This document shows positions 54,701-61,568 of a DNA stretch of 64,000 nt, in pieces. Source of the stretch: Deltaproteobacteria bacterium RIFCSPHIGHO2_01_FULL_43_49 (lineage in GTDB: Bacteria; UBA10199; SPLOWO2-01-44-7). The number at the start of each line of letters is the position of its first letter. Position 1 is the stretch's first letter. Below the pieces are notes generated by a model. It saw only the letters and a list, made by a program, of their open reading frames with translations. It searched no databases and had not been told where the DNA came from. The stretch spans positions 91,852 to 155,851 of the forward strand of contig MGRG01000012.1 in NCBI GenBank assembly GCA_001798075.1, written 5' to 3'. Position numbers and translations under genes: made by a program.

Positions 54701-57145
54701 GAAGGATTATACGAAGAAATAGCCGTCATGCCGAGTGGGCGTTCCGTATTGATTAGAGGACCTTTTAAAGGGGATGCCATTGATATCGGAATAGATCACG
54801 GGCAGCTCCAGAAAGGGATCGGTGGTCTTTTAGGTGAATTGGCAAGGGCTCAAGGGGCCATTGAAAGTGGCGCGCGAACCTCTCTCTTGCTCCTCGTTTT
54901 TAACGAAAATGGCATGACACCGCGTGCCCGAAAATACTTTTTTAGCCAGCACCCTCAAGGCACTTTGATTGAATGGTATGGAAACACTTTTAGTCGGTGG
55001 TCTTTAGAAAAATATGACGATGAAATTATGCTGCAGGAAACCCGTTTTGATAGAGAAGGGAATAAAATTTCTGAAAAACTTAATTCTATTGAAACATTCG
55101 AAGGAGAAGTAGAAGTTCATTTTGTTACAGCCAATGATCGCAATCCCCACACGGAACGCCTGATAGAAAAACCAACCACGCGAGCAATTGAAGATTTAAG
55201 GGCGATGGGAGAATCCAAAGAAGCGATTCGTTTGAAAGTTGTTCGGGATGCGGCCATTAACGCCGTCGGTTTTCTCAATCCCAATCACCCCGATGCAGAT
55301 AAAGTCATCGAAGTGGCTAAGAAGTTTGGTCAATCTCGTCTTAGTAAGAGACAAATTGTTGAATTGAAAGAGGAGCTGGATGCAGTTGTCATTGAAATAG
55401 AACATCGCTTTGACTCCACAATACCTCCTAAAGCTGTCGAATTGGCAGCCCTTGTGGGTGTAGAAAAATTAACTCAGTTGCTGACAATAAAAGGAATCTC
55501 TTCTGAAAATGTCGATGAATTGATCCATCACCTCTTGGTTTTAAAAACCAAGTTCAATGGAGAAGTCATTGTCAAAATAGTCGATCAATTGTTGGAAGTG
55601 AGTACAAAAAATCTCGCCCACTTTACAACACTTCTCAACCGCCTTGCTCAACTAGAAAGACTAGTAAGACAACGGGGTTTAAACATCACCGATATCACTT
55701 TAAAACCAGAAACCCTTTATGGTGGATGGGCCCTGACTTTGGATGGAAAGGTCATCTTGATCGGTTCTACTAAGGGGGAACCTTTTCATGTCCCATTCCC
55801 ATTGGGCGGGACAATGAAACAGGCTGAAGGGATTGCCGGAGCTTTAGCTCCCAATTTCGAAAGGGTAGAAGATGCGATTTTAGAAGGGAATGTGAGTGGC
55901 TTGCTTTTAATGTTGGTTGGAGAAGATGGAATTACCGAGCAAGGTAGAGACTCACTTTGGACAACCTTTGGATCCGATGCAGAAGTCTGGGTTCTCAAAA
56001 TAACCAATGATCAACAGGCCGATCATTATATCTTCAAAAAGAATAAAGAGGGCCCTTTGGCCGAATCGCTGGGAGAAGAAATTTATGAGGTGATCTCCTT
56101 TGCTCGTGAAGAAGAAGAAATTAAAATTGAAAAACTGGAACGAAAAGAAAGCCGTCAGGTCGTCAGTCCACTTTTGCTTGCAAAAAGAATTCTCGGTGTT
56201 GTGAAGCCCAAACCTTCTCCAGAGGGTGCACCAGCAAAGAAGCGTTGGGAACACATTGACGCGGATTTTGCAAAAATCTTTGCTGATCATGAGGTTACTG
56301 CACAACAAATTTGGGGACCTTTGAGCGAAATTGTGAATGATGAACGTGTTTTGAAAAAAGGAGATGCATTTATTGATTTGATGGAGTTTGCCGATCAGTT
56401 AAATGGAACCTTTGAAGCTCATTTAATGCCAATGAGTGCCTTGGCAACGGGAATTCAAATTGGAGAGCCCGTTTTTCCGGGAATAGACTTGCTCAAATGG
56501 AGAGATTTAATCGAAACTTCGACATTAGGAATCCAAGAAGCACTGTTTGATCTTAGTGACACAGAAGAAGAGGGAATCGCAAAAATCGTAAAGATTCCCC
56601 AACATCTGCATGAGTTTCATCTTTTGCTTCATCAGATTTTGATGGTTGAACTAAACGGTTATCGCAACCTCCTTAATCGGTTAGACAGTGTGAAGGCTTC
56701 AAGCGACATCCCGCCCGATTTGGCAAGACAAAAGGAATTGATTGAAACACTTCGAGGGCGTGCTGCAGATTTGGGAAAATACCTGGGGGCCGATTTCTTT
56801 AAAGAGCTCAATAAGATTCGGACCATCATGCAAAACAGAATCAATTACTTTAATGAAGTGTTGAAACCCAAGATTTTTGAATTTCAAACGAGGGATGATT
56901 TGGAGCTTCCTTCTTCGAATCCAATAACATCCGACCTCTATGCTTTTGTGGATAAATATGGTTTTAAACGGGGAAGGGAGGCAGAGCATGGAGTTCTCTT
57001 TGTAAATCCAGCTACAGGAATAACCGTAAATCTGCCCTACGACGATAAAGGTCTTGATCCACGCACGATGAAAAACTCCAGATCGGATGCTATAAAAGCT
57101 GTCGAAGAATCTTTGCGTAAAGAAGGCCGCATGCCCCCTGCTTAG
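51722..57145 (+). CDS. operon gene 4: giant hypothetical protein (1,807 aa) with Pro/Ala/Val-rich linkers and an internally duplicated ~95-aa module
   Basis: 4-nt overlap with gene 3; low-complexity linker at about 53910-54250; paired modules at about 54730-54990 and 55740-56000 share GxxxLLxLVxExGxT; no catalytic motif recognised. Confidence 0.65.
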   Translation: MSIVISRGLAALQSQMAEGLARLTADNAALFQPDSSSSYENPALLAAQRYTKEEPRKISPGIFLHDMHGALKKVAGSRFVAKTPENEDKAFLRAIVGGLSLFLGKMDAQSETEIAGMVDQVISQIADPAIQKLILGAGIALPTSSTTSVAVSAPLTVLPPVVAAPQPPAPTVAAPITTTLTPFDYHPNSEERLDAEFEYRLANVHQRIQDANISWPYDFVRWCRSLYLLAGELPNGDAARVRGNITRGLRRINELASISVEDIRRLLGPSAMAVGRYPEGISQDWPRDISNDFGSAIIAVHDVGETVIANKAALLWKASTGLENQDEIRGDLVSILRRFEIALLSGRETDHEEIEKALDEIALKIPEAKRPEMFLKKETVPQPSPIPLEPMSQAEWVQKSLDFLVYEKSKWGSMEGELSNQLEHLFKLLKVEEALAPRAPELLGLAFQLMLSYRQMVGVSGIEALALGKDPSLPISFEDRAKAFDMMKAAHNQLDLLQEWGDAYNKDPKAYQPLFGENGLAEIVSRYIVHARGGSQNPLEEASGNFVQAHPELKLSTAMARRLLSYFVGLTDGTFNEAFLQEVLGAKPKAQEAAGPELDLENTPFLDVDPNKYTPYGRVFGKVVLDGGVIRVGGGKNRPGIFFGIYLTTLEKIYRKYREQVRTSGSSSFESAYTLAVKQEKYQERYRKDYEKLFGDLLRLLGENKDMADLVETAILSGKTQLKVPEKQAIPTSGGPPMERPVEEAPTAALAPTPAPVSVPPSVEVSRPAATRVDEAVFAGAALVSPDAPPAEANPFIEAAAIVSEFVPPPAEVVVSSGVAVVEVPPPVETATIPAIEEEILIVDEVEVETFPAILAPYITKWSLGEVEKKVLQDMCAVTSPEAVLKALDNIEQNSWESEERKRKILTEYARALELGRITERGKKRVVELLASKENFGRVRLLLSVAAAKPTSLVLDQIIPDPIQLGKKGGRYLDIDFKSYPPVAVVRPAITLAEGLYEEIAVMPSGRSVLIRGPFKGDAIDIGIDHGQLQKGIGGLLGELARAQGAIESGARTSLLLLVFNENGMTPRARKYFFSQHPQGTLIEWYGNTFSRWSLEKYDDEIMLQETRFDREGNKISEKLNSIETFEGEVEVHFVTANDRNPHTERLIEKPTTRAIEDLRAMGESKEAIRLKVVRDAAINAVGFLNPNHPDADKVIEVAKKFGQSRLSKRQIVELKEELDAVVIEIEHRFDSTIPPKAVELAALVGVEKLTQLLTIKGISSENVDELIHHLLVLKTKFNGEVIVKIVDQLLEVSTKNLAHFTTLLNRLAQLERLVRQRGLNITDITLKPETLYGGWALTLDGKVILIGSTKGEPFHVPFPLGGTMKQAEGIAGALAPNFERVEDAILEGNVSGLLLMLVGEDGITEQGRDSLWTTFGSDAEVWVLKITNDQQADHYIFKKNKEGPLAESLGEEIYEVISFAREEEEIKIEKLERKESRQVVSPLLLAKRILGVVKPKPSPEGAPAKKRWEHIDADFAKIFADHEVTAQQIWGPLSEIVNDERVLKKGDAFIDLMEFADQLNGTFEAHLMPMSALATGIQIGEPVFPGIDLLKWRDLIETSTLGIQEALFDLSDTEEEGIAKIVKIPQHLHEFHLLLHQILMVELNGYRNLLNRLDSVKASSDIPPDLARQKELIETLRGRAADLGKYLGADFFKELNKIRTIMQNRINYFNEVLKPKIFEFQTRDDLELPSSNPITSDLYAFVDKYGFKRGREAEHGVLFVNPATGITVNLPYDDKGLDPRTMKNSRSDAIKAVEESLRKEGRMPPA

Positions 57146-57573
57146 GCCTTTTCCCTTTTGGCGAGGTAGTCCAACACAGATTTGGCAAAGAGTTCGAAGT
57201 CGCTTAGATGTTGCTTAAGAACGCTATAAATTTCTTTGTCATCCGTTTCCCAATAAAGATGCACCAAGCGGTTTCTCATTTTTGCCATTTTTCGCAATTT
57301 TGTGAGAAAGCCCTCGGTGACCACTCCATTTTCCACGAGTACTTTAAAGCTGTCGGCATAGTCCTTTGGCGCTCTAAAGCCAAATCTGGAGATGAGATGG
57401 TTTGTCAAATCAAGACATGTCTCTAAAGCATATTGGAGATTGAGGCGAGCGCTGTCTTTTTTCATCGCATCTTTTAGGAAATCAGCCTCAGAAAATGCGC
57501 CGAGTTCTTTCAACTTTAAAACATATTGACGAAGCCGATCTACGAGCATTGTTACTTTTTTTATATCAACCAT
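57142..57573 (-). CDS. hepT: HepT-like (DUF86) toxin
   Basis: Rx4HxY motif (RNRLVHLY) near the C-terminus; overlaps the upstream MNT gene by 8 nt. Confidence 0.8.
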   Translation of the reverse strand: MVDIKKVTMLVDRLRQYVLKLKELGAFSEADFLKDAMKKDSARLNLQYALETCLDLTNHLISRFGFRAPKDYADSFKVLVENGVVTEGFLTKLRKMAKMRNRLVHLYWETDDKEIYSVLKQHLSDFELFAKSVLDYLAKREKA

Positions 57574-58015
57574 GCGTCAACCCTTGTTCGCGAATCGTTC
57601 GCAAACGTTCCGAGCAATAGTTATCGATAAAAAATTTGAAATCAAAATAATGTTTGCGTGTTCGCTCTTCATAATTTGCTCGTATAGTATCCGAAATTGC
57701 GTAGAGTAATTTGCCGTCTGTGATTACTTTTCCTTGAAAATCAAGAGGGGCATCATTGATAATTCGAACATCAAACTCAAACGTTGGAAAGGAACCTTCC
57801 AAAAGGTCTTCGATCTCAATTTCAAAATCCCATCGATTCTTTCCAAAGTGTTTTGTATTAATAACCAAAGCAATATCGACATCACTAAGGGGCGTGGAGT
57901 TGCCTGTTGCGTAGGAACCATGCAAATAAACAAGTTCCAAAAAGGAATTTTTTTTTGCTAATTCTCGGAAGGCCCTCCCCAAATTTTCTTTATCCTGAGG
58001 TTTCATGACACTCAT
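57566..58015 (-). CDS. mntA: MNT-type nucleotidyltransferase antitoxin
   Basis: Nucleotidyltransferase motif LHGSYATGNSTPLSDVDIALV immediately upstream of hepT. Confidence 0.8.
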   Translation of the reverse strand: MSVMKPQDKENLGRAFRELAKKNSFLELVYLHGSYATGNSTPLSDVDIALVINTKHFGKNRWDFEIEIEDLLEGSFPTFEFDVRIINDAPLDFQGKVITDGKLLYAISDTIRANYEERTRKHYFDFKFFIDNYCSERLRTIREQGLTHG

Positions 58016-58065
58016 TATAGCGAATATGCTTAAAGTTTCAACCCATTTTCATTTTCAACAATACA

Positions 58066-59232
58066 TTATAATGACTTCTTGAGGGCTTCTTTGATTCTTT
58101 GGATACCTTCTTTGATGGATTCGGTGTCACAGGCGTAAGAAAGTCGCAAATAGCCTGGGGCGCCAAAGCCTTCGCCGGCAACCACAGCAACGTGGGCTTC
58201 TTCTAAAAGGGTGTCGGCAATTTGTTGCGAAGGTTTTTTAAAGGCTGTGATATTGGGGAATAAATAAAAAGCCCCTTGGGGTTTGAAGCAGGTGACACCT
58301 GGAATTTTTGTCACCAGCTCGAACATCAGGTTGCGTCTTTTTTCAAATTCCTTACGCATTTTTTCTATTTCACCATCACAATCGTTGAACGCCGTCACAG
58401 AGGCCCTCTGAACAAAAGTGGCAATCGAAGTAATTTCTTGGCTCTGTAAAATCTTCATTTTGTCGATCAGTTCTTTTGGGCCGGCGGCAAATCCCATCCG
58501 CCAACCGGTCATTGAATAAGCTTTGGAAGCACCATTGATCAAGATCGTTTGATTGCGCATGGCAGGTGCCGCCTCTACGAAAGAGGCTTGTTTGAAACCA
58601 TCGTAAGTTAGTTTTGAATAAATTTCGTCCGACAAAACCCAGATTTTTTTCTTGGTACAGATGTCGCCAAATTCTTTTAGCTCTTCTTTTGTATAACAAG
58701 CTCCTGTTGGGTTGGAGGGAGAATTAAGGATGAGCATTTTTGTTTTAGGGATAATCGCTTTCTCGAGTTGTTGCGGTGTCATTTTAAAACCGGCCTTGTC
58801 ATCGGTTTGAATGATAACCGGTTTGCCACCCGCCAACAAAACCTGATCGAGATAAGAGACCCAATAAGGAGCAGGGATAATCACTTCATCTTCATTATCA
58901 ATCAAAACCTGAAGAACAATATAAATAGATTGTTTCGCTCCACAGCCGACAATGATTTCGTCTGGTGAATAATCGAGCCCGTGATCTTTTTTGAGTTTTT
59001 GCGCGATGGCTTGGCGCAGTTCTGGAATTCCAGGCACCGGGGCATATTTTGTCCAATTTTCATCGAGCGCTTTTTTGCAGGCCTCTTTAATTTTTTCAGG
59101 CGTTGGGAAATCGGGCTCCCCGGTGGTGAAATCAATCACCTTGATTCCCTTGGCTTTTAGCTCCCTGGCCTTGGCCGCCGCCGCCAAAGTCGAAGAAGGT
59201 TTGATGTTTAAAATTCGCTTTGAAAATCGCAT
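58066..59232 (-). CDS. PLP-dependent aminotransferase (aspartate aminotransferase-like, class I)
   Basis: Class I aminotransferase pattern with PLP-lysine region NGASKAYSMTGWRMGF. Confidence 0.85.
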   Translation of the reverse strand: MRFSKRILNIKPSSTLAAAAKARELKAKGIKVIDFTTGEPDFPTPEKIKEACKKALDENWTKYAPVPGIPELRQAIAQKLKKDHGLDYSPDEIIVGCGAKQSIYIVLQVLIDNEDEVIIPAPYWVSYLDQVLLAGGKPVIIQTDDKAGFKMTPQQLEKAIIPKTKMLILNSPSNPTGACYTKEELKEFGDICTKKKIWVLSDEIYSKLTYDGFKQASFVEAAPAMRNQTILINGASKAYSMTGWRMGFAAGPKELIDKMKILQSQEITSIATFVQRASVTAFNDCDGEIEKMRKEFEKRRNLMFELVTKIPGVTCFKPQGAFYLFPNITAFKKPSQQIADTLLEEAHVAVVAGEGFGAPGYLRLSYACDTESIKEGIQRIKEALKKSL

Positions 59233-59274
59233 ACTTATTAAAAAGGCGTCGGACGCCTTTTAAGGGCATAGTGA

Positions 59275-59757
59275 TTATTTTAATTTCGATTTTAGAAGTT
59301 TTTCCACTTGTGGGTGGATCATCCCTTTGCAAGAGCCTCCAAACGTTAAAATCTCTCGTATAAATGTTGAGCTCAGATGGGAATATTTTCCCTCTGTCAT
59401 CATAAAAATGGTTTCCAGTGAAGGGTAGAGGGCTTTGTTGACCAATGCCATTTGCGATTCATATTCATAGTCACTCATGTTGCGAATACCTCTCAGTAGT
59501 GTGCGAACTTTTCTTTGTTTTGCAAAATCGACCAACAAACCGTTAAAAGAAACAACTTCAATTTTATCTTTATAAGCTTTAAGAAGTTTTGCCAATAAGT
59601 CCACACGTTCTTTAACATTTAGGATTGGTTTTTTGGAGGTATTGGTTGCAACAGCAACAACGAGTTTGTCAAAAATTTTCAAACCCCGCTCAATGATATT
59701 GAGATGTCCCATCGTGGGAGGATCAAATGACCCGGCACAAATTGCAATTTTATCCAT
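59275..59757 (-). CDS. coaD: phosphopantetheine adenylyltransferase
   Basis: N-terminal ICAGSFDPPTMGHLNIIERG (T/HxGH motif). Confidence 0.9.
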   Translation of the reverse strand: MDKIAICAGSFDPPTMGHLNIIERGLKIFDKLVVAVATNTSKKPILNVKERVDLLAKLLKAYKDKIEVVSFNGLLVDFAKQRKVRTLLRGIRNMSDYEYESQMALVNKALYPSLETIFMMTEGKYSHLSSTFIREILTFGGSCKGMIHPQVEKLLKSKLK

Positions 59758-59759
59758 GA

Positions 59760-60305
59760 TTATCCTCTCTTCAAAAAACTGACCAAGGTTTGTCCATATT
59801 TTCTTTCGTCCGTCAAGCGCAAGCCCTCTATTGCTCCAATTGGTTCCTTGGGATGGTGCTCTACTATAATAATTGTTTCATCGTGCAGAAGAAAGCTATT
59901 TGCCAGTTTGTTTAATGTTTTTTTGACGAAACGTTTTTCATAAGGGGGGTCGACAAAGATAAGATCGAATTTTTTTTGTTTTTTAGAAAGAATAGCGATT
60001 GTCTTTGCCGCCGACAGGTAAAAGACATTGGCTCTATCGGCAAAGCCACATAGATCAATATTTTTGCCGATCAATTTTAAAGACTCTTTGGAATCATCCG
60101 CAAAAACAGCTTCTTTAGCCCCTCGGCTTAAAGCCTCAATCCCCATAGAACCGGTCCCTGCAAAAAGATCCAAAACAGTCCAATCGGTGACATCAAAAAG
60201 GATATTGAAAACCGCCTCTTTGACCTGATCGAGTACGGGCCTGATGAGATTGGATTTAGGGCTGGCAAGTCGCCTCCCTTTGGCTTCACCTGCAATCACA
60301 CGCAT
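59760..60305 (-). CDS. rsmD: 16S rRNA (guanine966-N2)-methyltransferase
   Basis: SAM-binding LDLFAGTGSMGIEALSRGA and DPPY motif. Confidence 0.85.
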   Translation of the reverse strand: MRVIAGEAKGRRLASPKSNLIRPVLDQVKEAVFNILFDVTDWTVLDLFAGTGSMGIEALSRGAKEAVFADDSKESLKLIGKNIDLCGFADRANVFYLSAAKTIAILSKKQKKFDLIFVDPPYEKRFVKKTLNKLANSFLLHDETIIIVEHHPKEPIGAIEGLRLTDERKYGQTLVSFLKRG

Positions 60306-60322
60306 TTATTTACCTCCGTTTT

Positions 60323-60411
60323 GTTGAAAATGACGGGCTCCGGGTCGGCTTGCTGCACGCCCTCCCGACAGATCGGGCTGACAGCTGCGCCGACCACCCG
60401 TCATTTTCAAC
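60323..60411. repeat. GC-rich palindromic element in the rsmD leader region
   Basis: Perfect 14-bp inverted repeat GTTGAAAATGACGG / CCGTCATTTTCAAC separated by a GC-rich 61 bp with internal complementarity; lies 18 nt upstream of the rsmD start, adjacent to its GGAGG RBS. Confidence 0.55.
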
Positions 60412-60459
60412 TTCACATTTTTCGGAGCACCTATGCGAAAACACCCTATCTTAATGATT

Positions 60460-60546
60460 GGAGTGAATGGGTGGCCCGGAGTGTTTGCTGTGGGGTTTAG
60501 TTAGGGGCCCCCACAGAAACACGGAGGGGCAGGACCCGTTCACTCC
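60460..60546 (+). repeat. palindromic structured element, copy 2
   Basis: Same core as 42212-42300 with a different but still complementary outer stem (GGAGTGAA / TTCACTCC). Confidence 0.65.
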
Positions 60547-60651
60547 ACTCAATATTATTAAGGTGTTTTCGCAAAGGTCGGAGAAGTCTATGCATAGAAC
60601 TTGCATTAATTCAAAAGACAAGCTATGGCGAGCGAATAATAAGGAGGATTC

Positions 60652-61470
60652 ATGAAACGCAAATTTTGGCATTGGGCTTTTTTATTAGCTTTGACCCTGT
60701 CACCCGTTCTGGCAGAGGCTGCCAAGACAACCTATGTCTACACCGACAGACGCTTTCATTTCGTGAAGCGTGTTGAGATGGACAAAGAGGAACTCAAAGA
60801 ACGTCAAGTGAACCATCCTTACACCTTCACCGATTTGCAGCTCAGAGATATGTTGGCAGGTGTTAAATTTAGCAGACAGCTTGTTTTCAAAAAAGAGGTT
60901 CAAGAAGATGCTGTTTTCAACCAGGCAAATTTGGATTTTTTAGTGCCACACCTTGTTCAGGCTTTTAAAGAATCGCAACCCAACGAAGAAATTGTTTTTG
61001 CTTTTATCACTCATCGATCAAAGTTTGTTGTGAGAGACGACCAGCTAACGATTGTGCGTTCGTGGGTGGAAGGGAATCAGCTTCATATGGAATTTCGCAA
61101 GCTGATGGCCAAGGTTGATGTGACGAACTACGACAAGTTGGGCGATGTGAATCAGGCGATGAATCGGGCGCAAGGCTTGCGCGTTGCTTTGGAATTAACA
61201 CCGGGTCAGCAGTATGGCAGAAGCACCGATGAGGTTTTGTTGACCATTCCTTCTGCTTCTGCTGTGGCGAGTGCTCTTGAAAAACCAAAAGAAGAAAAGG
61301 CCAAAGAAGAGAAGAAAACGGCCAAGGTTGAGAAAAGGACGACAGTTTCTGAGCCGGTTAGTGGTTCTGCTGCCGATCGGTTGAAACAACTAGATCAACT
61401 CAAAAAACAGGGGCTTATTAGTAAGGAAGAATACCAACAAAAGCGCCAGGAAATCTTGAATCAGCTGTAG
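60652..61470 (+). CDS. secreted hypothetical protein with SHOCT-like C-terminus
   Basis: Signal peptide (LALTLSPVLAEA); C-terminal LDQLKKQGLISKEEYQQKRQEIL is SHOCT-like; AAGGAGG RBS. Confidence 0.55.
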   Translation: MKRKFWHWAFLLALTLSPVLAEAAKTTYVYTDRRFHFVKRVEMDKEELKERQVNHPYTFTDLQLRDMLAGVKFSRQLVFKKEVQEDAVFNQANLDFLVPHLVQAFKESQPNEEIVFAFITHRSKFVVRDDQLTIVRSWVEGNQLHMEFRKLMAKVDVTNYDKLGDVNQAMNRAQGLRVALELTPGQQYGRSTDEVLLTIPSASAVASALEKPKEEKAKEEKKTAKVEKRTTVSEPVSGSAADRLKQLDQLKKQGLISKEEYQQKRQEILNQL

Positions 61471-61483
61471 GCGAAAAAAATAG

Positions 61484-61505
61484 CGGGTCCTGCCCCTCCG
61501 TGTTT
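61484..61505 (-). repeat. inverted partial copy of the palindromic element core
   Basis: CGGGTCCTGCCCCTCCGTGTTT is the reverse complement of the 3' part of copy 2 (AAACACGGAGGGGCAGGACCCG) and is followed by a T-run, just after the SHOCT gene stop. Confidence 0.6.
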
Positions 61506-61568
61506 TTTTGTTCAGAAGCAACTTTTTTGGCGCCCCGCCGAAGAACCCATCAGAAAGGTCTTATTTCC

